DNA of 64,000 nt, taken from positions 81,592,001-81,656,000 of the forward strand of contig JAGIQG010000009.1 of assembly GCA_024679065.1 (NCBI GenBank), read 5' to 3'. Under the pieces are notes generated by a model. The model was not told where the DNA came from, ran no database searches, and was given only the letters and a program-made list of their open reading frames with translations. Position 1 is the first letter of the stretch. Every line of letters starts with the position of its first letter. The translations under genes were made by a program, and so were the position numbers. The stretch comes from Sphyrna mokarran (taxonomy: Eukaryota). Shown one piece after another: positions 1 through 12,056 of the stretch.

Positions 1-234
1 GTCAGGAGGGAGTTATCCTGGGAATCCTCAACAACATTCCCGACTCCATGCTGTCACTGGGTACCATGTCAAACACACACAAGGAAACCTCCTCTGGTTA
101 CCACATACCGTCCCCCTCAGCTGATGAACCAGTTCTCCTCCATGTTGAACACCACTTGGAGGAAGCACTGAGGGTGGGAAGGACACAGAATGTACTCTGG
201 GTGGGGAATTCAATGTCCATCACCAAGAGTTACT
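1..234 (+). mobile_element. LINE (CR1/L2-clade) endonuclease fragment, part of a repeat module that brackets the clusters
   Basis: Translates to PSADEPVLLHVEHHLEEALRVGRTQNVLWVG, an APE endonuclease-like segment. Same sequence at 27882-28117 (+) and 49296-49530 (-). Confidence 0.6.
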
Positions 235-493
235 TGTTGAAACAATGGGAGTAGTGAGACCGTGTGAGAGGGGAAGGTCAAGGGGGAGGCGGTGAATATG
301 GGATGGAGAATTGTGATTGTGATGGTTTAATCCCAGCAACTTTCAGATTCTTTTCTATTTTCAATCTTGTCACTCAAGGGATTCCAGATCTAACCGATCA
401 TTTTCAAATAATTGATCACTGGATTTGAATCCAATCTTCTGCTGATGTATCATTGATGATGATGTGGAGATGTCGGCGTTGGACTCGGGTAAA

Positions 494-777
494 CACAGTA
501 AGAAGTCTCACACCACCCGGTTAAAGTCCAACAGGTTTATTTAGTAGCACAAACCACTCACTTTTGGAGCACTGACCCTTCATCAGGTGAGTGGGAATTC
601 TGTTCACAAACAGGGCATTTAAACACAAAATTGTAAATTATGTTTATATCTTTATATGCCCTGTTTGTGAACAGAATTCCCACTCACCTGATGAAGGGTC
701 AGTGCTCCGAAAGCGAGTGGTTTGTGCTACTAAATAAACCTGTTGGACTTTAACCTGGTGTCAGACTGCTTACTGTG
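494..777. mobile_element. Inverted pair of Penelope-like pLTR fragments (about 125-bp arms, 37-bp AT-rich loop) with a degenerate hammerhead core
   Basis: 494-618 is the reverse complement of 656-777. The right arm has CTGATGA (688-694), GAAA (709-712) and aaataaacctgttggactttaacctggtg, typical of elasmobranch Penelope-like terminal repeats. Confidence 0.7.
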
Positions 778-995
778 TCATTGATTGACAGTCCAAGCAA
801 CCAATCAGGACAATCACTTGGCGAAATGCAGCCAATCAGCTGATGGGGAGGTGGGACATTTCCAAAGCACTCACCAGACATATACTGAATATTCTTAATG
901 TTTATTACCTTTTACACATTGACAGTGACAGAAAAAAGACTTGAATAAACAGCCCAGCCAGAGGAAGCTGGAGAAATTCACAGGGAGAATGGAGG

Positions 996-1001
996 TTTAT
1001 T
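996..1001 (-). promoter_or_regulatory. Candidate polyadenylation signal of C1
   Basis: AATAAA on the minus strand about 380 nt after the C1 stop, conserved in cluster 2 (28880-28885). A second AATAAA lies at 901-906. Confidence 0.5.
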
Positions 1002-1380
1002 AAAACACTTGTGGAGATTTTCTCAATAACATGAGAATCCTGTCCCTTTAAACAGTGACTAAATCTTCAATTGTAACTGCAAGGTGAGCAGGAAGGAGGT
1101 CTGGTTTACTAAAGCAGAAACTTCAGAGGGTCACATTCTTTCTGAACAGCTGACAGTCTTCACCACTCCCAATAAATGAACAGCACGGGGTTAATAGAGA
1201 GGAAAGTTCCCTCTACAATATCCCAACAATGTTCTTTAACTCCTGACCCTCAGAAGTGTCTCAGACCCAGTCCCAGGAAGGAAGAGAATTGTAATTCAAT
1301 GCTGACGGTGACCTTTACCCTTCCAGCTCACCCCTGTTCTATTCCAAGTTGTGTCTCCTCTGTGGACTGTCTCTAACACT

Positions 1381-1709
1381 CTAGGCACATTCTGAACTCC
1401 TGACACTCTTGCTGAGGGGAGAGGAGAGGCTCACGTGGGTGAGGGCACAGGAGAAGCGAGCATTGGACTCCCAGTCGGAGCCAGAGAGGGTCAGCAGGCT
1501 GCTGACGCTGTAGGTGTTGTCCGAAGCTCGCAGGTAGTTGCTGGTCTGAATCCCGTTGGAAATGGCTGCACCGTCCTTCTTCCACTTCACCTCCACCTCA
1601 TCGGGATAGAAGTGATCGGCAAGGCACACCAGGGTGGCAGTGCCCTTGGTCTTGGCCTCCTCCGGGGAGGGGGGCAGCAGGGTCAGCGTGGGTTGTGAAT
1701 TCTCACGGG
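1381..1709 (-). CDS. IGKC: Immunoglobulin light chain constant exon, cluster 1 (kappa/type III, NS4-like)
   Basis: Pyrimidine tract and cag acceptor at 1710-1712, phase 1. Translates (T)RENSQPTLTLLPPSPEEAKTKGTATLVCLADHFYP...WKKD...YSVSSLLTLS...FSCALTH...SSECA*: a C1-set Ig domain with both cysteines and a penultimate interchain Cys. Confidence 0.96.
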
Positions 1710-1829
1710 CTGAAAGAGAAGAGAAGGAATTTTAATCACTGCCATTTTCAGCCTTTCAACATCCCGAATATTAACTGGGATCAAATCAGTGTCAATGATT
1801 TGATGTTGCAGAATTCTGAAAATCCATTC

Positions 1830-2560
1830 CAGGGGAACGTTTTTAACCAGTACGGAGCAATCCCAACAAGAGAAGGGTCAATTTTAGCAGTTTTAGAGAA
1901 TGAAACACAGCATGTGGAAGGTGTATCAGTGAGAGAGCATTTGGGTAATAATGATCATAATAGATTTAGAGTAGCTCCGGAAAAGGGGAAAGATCGATCA
2001 AGAGTAAACGTTTTAAATGGGAAAAGGCCAATTTCACAACAGTGGAATTTGTCAAAATGGAAAGGAAACAGTGACTTGAAGGTAAATCAGTGTCAGAGCA
2101 GTGGGAGGATATTCGAGCTGGAGATAGAGTTCAGGACATATATGTTCATCAAGCAATAGTGTGGGACATTGCAAAGAGAATAACTAAGGATTAAATAGGG
2201 CTGATTAGAGAGCAAAAAGGTAACTTGTGTGTGGAAGGACAAAGTTGACATTGTGGTTCAGGAGAGGAGGTATTGTGAAATAATTAATGGGATAATGATA
2301 GTGAGCGAGGAGATATTAATGTGTTTATCACCATTTAAAATGGAGAAATTCCCAGGGTCGGGTGAAATGTATCCCAGGATGTGAAGGGAAGCAAGGGAAG
2401 AAATAACAGAGACTCTGACCATTATTTTCCAATCCTCTCTGTGTACAGGTGTGGTATGGGTGGACTGGAGGATAGATCACGCTTTTTAAAACTAAAAGCT
2501 GATGGAATCCAAGGGAAAGTGGCACATTCGAATTCAAATTAGTTCCGTGTCTGAAGGTAA
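1830..2560 (+). mobile_element. Old degraded CR1 ORF2 fragments in the J-C intron
   Basis: Remnants such as PTREGSIL..VL.NE and EHLGNNDHN (CR1 endonuclease end). Paralog at about 29710-30440. Confidence 0.55.
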
Positions 2561-3048
2561 AGGTTTGATTTGAAGCTGGTTAAATCATTTTGCAATCTTA
2601 CTGAAACTGTAAAGAAGATTACTACAAATTCAGTACAGAAATGGTTAATTTTGAGAATATTTAAAGACACGGTGTCCCTTTAAGAGACTGTTAACCAATC
2701 AGGAAGCTGGAACTATTGCTCAGTCTGTCTGGGGGGAAACAGGTTGAGCATCAACAAACCTCAGATCACACACGGATCAGGAGAACTTTATCCCAGAACA
2801 TTGGAGCAGACTTGGATCAACACACTTCACACAGGATTCCCATTGGCTGGTGTGGAAACTTCGAGATTTCATTTCAAACCTTACTGTCCAGCATTGGGCT
2901 GAGGTCAAGGGTGAGGGTAGAATTCTTCCCAGGGTCCAGGGGTCAGACAGCGTCATTGCTACGAATGACCCCATGAACTCTGGAGGGTGCTTTTATGTTA
3001 TGAATGGGAGAGAGTCAGGATCAGGAATCTCCAATCTCACAGACAGAA

Positions 3049-3295
3049 TTACATTTCTATAGCACCTGTCACCAACTCAGAATGTCCCAATGTTTTACAG
3101 CTCACTGTGCACAGCAAGATCCCAGGGAACAGAGTGCGAAAGAACAGATAAGCAGATTTGTAGTGATGTTGATTGAGGGATGAATATTGACCAGTTCACC
3201 GGGGTGAACTCCCCTGCTCTTCTTCCAATAGTACCATGGGATCTTTTACACCCCCTGAGACGACACATATCAAATTGTCTCATCTGAAAGATGGG
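3049..3295 (-). mobile_element. DeuSINE-like (SacSINE1/AmnSINE-type) fragment
   Basis: Minus strand carries tctttcagatgaga...taaaagatcccatggtactatt.gaagaagagcaggggagttc (Deu-domain-like) and an L2-type tail. Paralog at about 30930-31176. Confidence 0.6.
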
Positions 3296-3549
3296 AGGCC
3301 TGTAGTTTAGAGGAGGGGATATGACAGGTGCTGGCCCTTTCCCCATGAAGATTTTGGAAGTGGATGGGGAAAGTGGGAGGTGAACTAGAGAAACATCTTT
3401 GTTGCTGCTGAAACTCTTGCTATCTGCTCAGTCACAACGAATAAACACACAGACACATCAGACAAACATCAGTCTGTTACTGTGGATTCTCTGCTGCTTT
3501 CAGTTCAATGAAGAGTGCAGGAAGACATGCCAGGAGCAACAACAGACAG

Positions 3550-4900
3550 ACTGAAAAATGAGGTGTTAACCTGGTGAAGCTACAACACAGAGACTGTGTG
3601 CCAAACAGCAGAAGCAGCAAGTGATAGACAGAGTTAAACCGTCCCACAACCAATGGATCGGATCTAAGCTCTACAGACCTGCCACATCCAGCCATGAACG
3701 GTGGTGGACAATTAAACAACTCACTGGAGGACGAGGCACCACAAATATTCCCATCTTCAATGATGGAGGAAACCAGCACATCAGTGCAAAAGATAAGGCT
3801 GAAGCATTTGCCAGAATCTTCAACCAGAAGTTCTGAGTGGATGATCCATCTCGACCTCCTCCAGAGGCCCTGAAGACTTCTACTCCAGAACTTTCCATGT
3901 CCCTAACCAAGCTGTTCCAGTACATCTACAACACTGGCATCAACACAACATTGTGATAAATTACCCGGTTATGAACTGTGCACAAAAAACAGGACTAATC
4001 CAATCCTGCAATAACCACCCCATCAGTCTATTCTCGATTATCAGCAATGTGATCTGAACATATCCAGAGCAATACCAAGCAGCACTTACTCAGCGATAAT
4101 CTGCTCACTGACACTCAGTTTGTGTTCCACCAAGGTCACTCAGCTCCTGATCTCATTACAGCCTTGGTTCAAACATGGAGAAAACAGCTGAACTCCAGAG
4201 GTGAGGTGAGAGAGACTGTCCTTAACATCAAGGCAGCATTTCAGCAAGTGTGGCATCAAGGAGCCCTCACAAAACTGGAGCCAATGGGAATCAGGGGAAA
4301 ACTCTCCACTGGTTGGAGTTGTACCCGGCACAAAGGAAGATGGTTGTTGTTTGGGGTTTGACTCTACAATCTATATTAATGAGCTGGATGAAGGGAATGA
4401 GAGGAATGTCACTAAACTTGCTGATGATAAAATGAAAAGTAGAAATGCATGTTGTGAGGTGGATACAGAGTCTGAAAAGGAATAGAGATAGGTTCAGTGA
4501 GTGGGGAAACATCGACAGATGGGGAATAATGTGGGAAAATGAGGTTGTCCACATTGGCAGGAGAATAGAGCAGAATTCTAGTAAACTGGAGAAATTCTAT
4601 TGAGTGATCTGGGTGTCTTTGCATCCAGGAACAGCAAAATATTAGGAAGGCAAATGGAATGTTGCTCTTCATTCCAATGAGGATGAGTATAAAAGGAGGG
4701 ATGTTTTACTACAGCACATTGGGAAAATCACACTGAGAATATTGTGGACACTTAGGGTCTCCGTACTTAAGGAAAGATATAGTAGAATTGGAAAGAGTTC
4801 AGAGATGGTTCACTGGGCTGATTCCACCGAGTAAGGGATTGTCTTACGAGGAAAGCTTGAGCAAGTTGGGCCAATACTCACTGAAGTAGAACTTATTCCA
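3550..4900 (+). mobile_element. Degraded LINE RT fragments (two families)
   Basis: Remnant peptides GHSAPDLITALVQTW..LNSRGEVR..LNIKAAF..VWHQG and a CR1 RT 3' part. Paralog at about 31520-32860. Confidence 0.6.
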
Positions 4901-5140
4901 CCGCCTCAGCACCATCTTCACCCGGGCAATTAGGGATGGGAGATAAATACTGGTCTGCAGAGAATCACAGGCAATAGGAACAGGAATAGGCCATTTGGCC
5001 CTTTGAGCCTGTTCCACTATTCATCATGGTCATGGCTGAGCATCCAATCAGTAGTTAGATCCTTTCTTCCCGTAAAATTATTTCATCCTTTTCATCCTAG
5101 TAGCTATATCTAACTCCTTCTTGGAAACGTACAATATTTT

Positions 5141-8100
5141 AGAACATTGAACATAGAACATTACAGCACAGAACAGGCCCTTTGGCCTTTGATGTTGTGC
5201 CGACCAATTATGAAAAAAGCAATGACCCTCCAAACTAAACCATTCCCTTCTCTTCCATAAACTTATCAACTAACCTCTTAAACGCCACCAAAACTGGCAC
5301 ATCTACAACTGCTGCAGACAGGGCATTCCACTCCCTAACCACCCTCTGGGTAAAGAACCTACCTCTGATATCCGTCCTATAACTATCACCCCTTAATTTA
5401 AAGCTGTGTCCCCTCGTGCTAGCTTTCTCCATCCTAGGACAAAGGCTATCACTGTCCACCCTATCTAAACCTCTAATCATCTTATATGTTTCAATAAGGT
5501 CTCCTCTTAGCCGCCTTCTTTCTAACGAAACCAACCTCAAATCCCTCAGCCTCTCTTCATAAGACCTGCCCTCCATACCAGGCAACAGCCTGGTAAACCT
5601 CCTCTGTACCCTCTCCAATGCCTCCACATCTTTCTTATAATGTGGGGACCAGAACTGCACACAATACTCCAAGTGCGGCCGCACTAGAGTTTTGTACAGT
5701 TGCAACTTGACGTTGCGGCTCCGAAATTCAATCCCCCTACCAATAAAAGCTAAGACTCCATATGCCTTCTTAACAACCTTATCGACTTGATTGCCTACTT
5801 TCAGGGATCTATGCACACATACACCAAGATCCCTCTGTTCATCAACACTATTAAGAGTCCTACCATTAGCCCTATACTCTACGCATTTGTTATTCCTGCC
5901 AAAGTGCATTACCTCACACTTTTCCACATTAAACTCCATTTGCCACCTCTCGGCCCAGCTCTGCAACTTGTCCAAGTCTCTCTGCCAACTATAACACCCC
6001 TCTTCACTATCTACCACTCCACCGACTTTAGTGTCATCTGCAAATTTACTACTCCATCCTTCAATACCCTCATCCAGATCATTTATAAAAATTACAAACA
6101 GCAGGGGCCCCAAAACAGACCCCTGAGGTACACCACATGTAACCGAACTCCACGATGAATATCTCCCATCACCACCCTCTGTCTTCTATCTGCTAGCCAA
6201 TTCCTAATCCAATTAGCTAAATCACTCTCAATCCCATACATCTGCATTTTCTGCAGAAGCCTTCCATGGGCCACCTTATCGAATACCTTACTAAAGTCCA
6301 TATATACCACATCAACTGCCTTACCCCCATCCACCTCTTTGGTCACTTTTTCAAAAAACTCAATCAGGTTAGTAAGGCACGACCTACCCTTCACAAAACC
6401 ATGCTGACTATCCCCAATCAATTCATTTATCTCTAAATAACTATAAATCCTATCCCTAATAATTCTTTCCAATACTTGGCCCACAACAGAAGTAAGACTC
6501 ACCGGTCTATAATTCCCAGGAAAGTCTCTATTCCCCTTCTTGAACAATGGACCACATTCGCTATCCTCCAGTCTTCCGGCACTATACCCGTAACCAACGA
6601 CGACCTGAAGATCAGAGCCAGAGGCTCTGCAATCTCCTCTCTCGCCTCCCAGAGAATCCTAGGGTAAATCCCGTCCGGCCCAGGGGATTTATCTAACTTC
6701 AAACCCTCAAGAATATCTAGCACATCCTCCTTATCTACTTGAATACTTTCCAGTTTGCAACCCTGTATCCCAGTGTTCTCCACAACTACATTTACATCTC
6801 CCTGCGTGAATACCGAAGAGAAATATTTATTCAGTGCCTCTCCAATCTCTTCAGCTCCACGCACAACTTCCCACTGCTGTCTATGACTGGCCCTAATCTT
6901 GCCCTAACCAATCTTCTATTCTTAACATATCTAAAGAAAGCTTTAGGATTCTCCTTAATCCTATCAGCCAAAGTCTTCTCATGTCCCCTCTTAGCTCTCT
7001 TCAACTCACTCTTTAGCTCCCTCCTGGCTAATCTATAACTATCCATTGCACTAACCGAGCCTTCAAGCCTCATCCTGACATAAGCCTCCTTTTCCCTTTT
7101 AACCAGCGAATTAACTTTTTTCGTACACCAAGGTTCCCTTACTCGACCATTTCCTCCTTGCCTGACAGGGATATACTTATCAAGGACTCGCAGCAGCTGC
7201 TCCTTGAATTAGCTCCACATTCCAGATGTTCCCAGTCCCTGTAGTTTCCTAGTCCAATCTATGCACCCTAATTCTCTCCTGATGGCCTCAGAATTACCCT
7301 TCCCCCAGCTATAACTACTGCCCCCAGCTTCATGCCTATCCCTATCCATCACTAAGGTGAATGTAACCGAATTGTGGTCACTATCACCAAAAGGTTCACT
7401 AACTTCCAAGCCTAACACCTGGTCTGGCTCATTGCCCAGCACCAAATCCAGTGTAGCCTCACCTCTAGTTGGCCTATCTACATACTGAGTCAAAAAACCT
7501 TCCTGCACACTTTGTACAAAAACTGACCCCTCTAACGTGCTCGAGCTATAGCTATTCCAATCAATATTAGTAAAGTTAAAGTCCCCCATAACAATTACTC
7601 TATTACTTTCACTCCTGTCCAGGATCGACTTTGCAATCCTTTCCTCTACCTCTCTAGAACTTTTTAGGAGGTCTATAAAAGACTCCCAACAGGGTGACCT
7701 CTCCTCTCCTGTTTCTAATCTCAGCCCATACTACCTCAACAGACAAGTCCTCATCAAACTTCTTTTCTATCACCGTGATACAGTCTTTGACCAATAATGC
7801 CACTCCTCCCCCCCTTCTACCTCCCTCTCTACTCCGACTAAAGCATTTGTACCCCGGAACCTGCAACATCCATTCCTGTCCCTGCTCTACCCAAGTCTCT
7901 GAAATGGCCACAACATCGAAGTTCCAGGTACTGGTCCAAGCTGCAAGTTCCTCCACCTTATTGCGAATACTTCTTGCATTAAAGTATACGCATTTCAAAC
8001 CATGCCCTACTCCACCCGTACACTGCTGTGCTTTACAGTTCTCATCTATGACCCCCCTATTCTCGTCCCTCTTAACATCCAAACTACTCAGGATCCCACC

Positions 8101-9022
8101 CCCCCTCTGAATCAGTTTAAACCCCCCTGCATAGCCTTTGCAAATTTTCCCCCCAAGATATTGGTTCCCCTCTGGTTCAGATGTAGACCATCTCTCTTGT
8201 AGAGGTCCCACCTATCCCAGAATGAGTCCCAATTGTTCAGGAACCTGACCCCTTCCCTCCTGCACCATCCCCGCAGCCACGAGTTCAAACATTCCCTCTC
8301 TCTGTTCTTCTCTAAACTATCCCGTGGCACAGGCAAGAGTCCAGAGATAACCACTCTGTCTGTTTTGGCCCTAAGCTTCCACCCCAACTCATAAATTTCT
8401 GTTTAATATCCCCTTCCCTTGTCCTACCTACATCATGTGTCCCTACATGAACTATGACTTGGGGCTGACTCCCCTCTCCCTTAAGAATCTTAAAAACCCG
8501 CTCTGAGACATCCTGGACCCCGGCCCCTGGGAGGCAACACACCAGCCCTGAGTCCCGTTTATTACTATTTATTCTCCTATCTGTCCCCCTAACTATGGAG
8601 TCTCCAATTACTAGGCCCAATCTCTTATTCCCCCTAGCCACCTGAGCATTCACAGCAGGCTCACCCCCAGAGACCTGCTCCCTTTGGCCATCTCCAATTG
8701 ATTCTTCCTCAACTGTAGCCTCCAGGACAGAAAACTTGTTTTGGAGGGGAACAGCCCCGGGGGATTGTCTCCCCGATTGCTTCTTTTCCCTCTTCCTAAT
8801 AGTTACCCAAGAATCACTTTTAGGAGTGACTATCTCTTTGTAACTCCTGTCAATATCCGCCTCAACCTCCCGAATTATCCTGAGTTCCTCTAATTCCAGC
8901 TCCAGCTCCTTAACACGATTCTCAAGGAGCTGCAAATGTGCACATTTCCTGCAGGTATAATCAGCAGGAACAGTACTAGTGTCCCTCACCTCGTACATAC
9001 TGCAGGAGGTGCAACGTCCTGG
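5141..9022 (-). mobile_element. Near-full-length CR1 LINE (ORF1 zinc finger/leucine zipper/SGNH esterase plus ORF2 APE-RT), frameshifted
   Basis: ORF1: CTSCSM..CRKC, heptad leucines, LVIGDSIVR, VHVGT, DGLHLN. ORF2: [41 protein letters not shown]. (GTTCTAT)n-like 3' tail at about 5141-5160. Absent from the paralogous site in cluster 2 (about 33106). Confidence 0.93.
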
Positions 9023-9252
9023 TTTTGTCCTCACCTGCTTTCTGTGACAGTGAATTCCACAGGTTTACCCCTCACTGGGTGAAGGAATTTCTCCTCACCT
9101 CAGTTCTAAAAGGTTTACCCCATATTCTCACACTATGATGCCTCATACTGGATGCTCCCAGCATTGGGAACATGCTTCCTGTATCATTCCTGACGAATCT
9201 TGTTGGAATTTTATAGGTTTTTATGTGATCCCTGTCATTCTTCTGAACTGCA

Positions 9253-9550
9253 GTGGGGGCAGCATGGTGACACAGTGGTTGGCACTGCTGCCTCACAGTG
9301 CCAGGGACCCAGGTTCAATTGCCAGCTTGGCTCACTGTTTGTGTGGAGTTTGCACATTCTTCCCATGTCTGTGTAGGTTTCCTCCACGTACTACAGTTTC
9401 CTCCCACAGTCCGAAAGGTGTGGAGGTTAGGTGAATTGGCCAAGCTAAATTCTCCGACAGAAGAGACACCAGAATGTTGCCACATGGCTATTTTCTCAGT
9501 GACTTCATTGCAGTGTGAATGTAAGCCTACTTGTGACTAAGAAATAAACT
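9253..9550 (+). mobile_element. tRNA-derived V-SINE (HE1-like)
   Basis: tRNA-like head with A box (tggtgacacagtgg) and B box (ggttcaattgcc), then the V-domain gtgtggagtttgcacattct...ggtttcctcc. Confidence 0.75.
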
Positions 9551-10766
9551 TAAAAAAAACAATGCAATCTCTCCTCCAACATCCCACTATCACAGAAATC
9601 ATTCCAGTAAACATTTGCTGCACTTCCTCTGTTGCAAAAGTATTCTTCCTCAGATGAGGGAATAAAACTGTACACATTATTCCCAGTGTGGTCTCGCCAA
9701 GACCCTGTATAACTGCAGAAAGACAGAATTACAAGGGACAGGGATAGGGGAGATATGAGGAAACTTTTCCCCTTAATCACAGAGGCAGCAGATTCTGAGG
9801 GAATTGAGGGAAATCTTTTCACCCAGAGGGTGCTGGGAATCTGGAACTCACTGCCTGAAAGGATGGTGGAGGTGGGAACCTTCACAACATTTAAGAAGCT
9901 TTTAGATGAGCACTTGAAATTCCAAAGCAAACAAAGCAACGGATCAAATGCTGGAAAATGGGATTAGAATCGAAAGATGCTTAATGGCCGGCACTGACAT
10001 GGACAATAGAATCTCTGAAGTGCAGGCGGAGACCATTCGGCCCATCGAGTCTGCATCGACTCTTACCGCATAAACCCCATGTATTTACCTCACTATTCCC
10101 CCTAACCTTTGAGAATTTTATAAGTCTCCACGAGTTGTTTCCTCATTCCTCTGAACTCCAGTGAATAAAAGTCTTAATCAACTCTATCTCTCCTCATACA
10201 TCAGTCCCATTATAACAGGAATCAGTCTGGGATGCCTCCTCTGCACTTCCTCTTGAGCAAAAATATCCTTCCTGAGATAGGGAGACAAAACTGCGCACAA
10301 TATTCCCAGTGCTGCCTCACCAAAGCCCTGTATAACTGCAGCAGGTCAGAATTAAGAAGACATAGAGCAGATACGAAAGAACTTTTCCCCTTTTAGCAGT
10401 AGATTCAAAAACCAGGTAGCATAGATTTAATTTCAGAAGCAGAAGATTTTGAGGGATTGGAGGAAAAACCTTTTCACTCAGAGGGTGTTGGGAATCTGGA
10501 ACTCACTACCTGAAAGGGTGCTAGAGGCAGGAACCCTCACAACATTTAAGAAGTATTTAGATGAGCATTTGAACTTCCAAAGCCGACAAGGTTATGAATC
10601 AAGTGTTGGAAAATGTGATTAGAATAATTAGGTGCTTGATGGCCAACAGAGACAGGATGGGCTGAAGGGCTTCTTTCTGTGCTGTAAATTTCTATGGCAT
10701 TCTGACTGAGCCAAGAGGTAAATGATGAGAATGTAAAATTACTATCTTCTGGAAAATTCTGATGTG

Positions 10767-10977
10767 CATAGAACATAGAACATTACAGTGCAGTACAAGC
10801 CCTTCGGCCCTCGATGTTGTACCGACCAGTGAAACCAATCTAATGACCCTCTAACCTAAACTATTCCAATATTATTCCTATGCCTATCCACTGACCATTT
10901 GAATGCTTTTAAAATTGGCGAGTCCACAACTGCTGCAGGCAGAGCATTCCACGTCCTTACTACCGTCTGAGTAATTG
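10767..10977 (-). mobile_element. Short 5'-truncated CR1 3' end
   Basis: catagaacatagaacattacag tail and a 3' UTR similar to 13951-14130. Absent from the cluster 2 paralog. Confidence 0.75.
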
Positions 10978-12056
10978 CAAAAGTCTGCGGGTTAGATGGA
11001 TTGCCCCTAGTGTGTTCTTTATGTGGGTTAGCAATGGTGAATGTGCAGGGTTACAGGGACCCTGGATAAGAAGCTCTTTTGGAGAATTGGGTGAAAAGAT
11101 TTCCCTCACCTCTCTCAAAATCTGCTGCCTCTGTGATTAACGGGAAAAGTTTCCTCATATCTACCCTATCTCTGTCTCTCATAATTCTGTCGATGGGCTG
11201 AATATCCTCCTCCTGCACTGTAGGGATTCAATGGCTAATAAAAAACTACACGGACTGTGTAAGATTTCCACGGGTGAAAGGATCCATTTTAAATGAACCT
11301 TGTTGTCACCAATTGAGGGCAGGATTCCAGCTGATTACTATCTCACCCAGAGGAAAACAAAATTGGGATCCTGTTCAGGAAGTTAACAAATGAAGGACCC
11401 TGTCTGAGGACTGGTCACAACATGTACACAGCAAGATCCCACACACAGCAATGAGAACAATCAGCATTTTCAGTGATATTGGATGTGGAATAAATTTTGG
11501 ATTGAACTCATCCCAAAGGAAAAGTAATAGAGTCTCCCCAAAAGCCTGGAACATTGAAGCCACTGGATTGTGACCCTGCTGTGGCTGTTTGTCATCAGAA
11601 CTTCAGCAAGAGATAAGCAGGGAGTGGAGAGAGCAGAGTGAAAGCTGGGGCAGGTGACACCTCGGTGTCTCACTGTGCTGCTGCTGTGATCAGTTATATC
11701 AGAGAGTGAGACAGAGAGTTCAACTTCACATCAAACTCTGCCTGTGTGTGTCACAGTGAGACCGACAGGGGTCTAGAGAGTGATTTCACTCCATGCTGCA
11801 GGAATGTGAACACAGTCTGCAAACGTCCAGATCTCCTCCACACGGTGGGTAAAAGCTGCTTACTGAAATCTTGCTGTTTAAAGGGGGGAATGGAAGGAAA
11901 GAAATACAGCTGGACTCCCTGTTCTACACAATGTTCTTCAATCAACCATTTCATTGACTGCAACTTCCTCACTAACACCTTCAACTATTCAGTATTTGTG
12001 TTTGAGAAAGTTTCAGCATTGAAAGGGTTAATAACGGAGGATTGGGCTTTACTTAC

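Noticed and set aside
5235-9034. Intact active retrotransposon or host reverse transcriptase gene
   Set aside because: ORF1 and ORF2 are broken by several frameshifts and the 5' end is truncated.
9253-9325. tRNA gene
   Set aside because: tRNA-derived SINE head followed by a V-domain; no complete cloverleaf.
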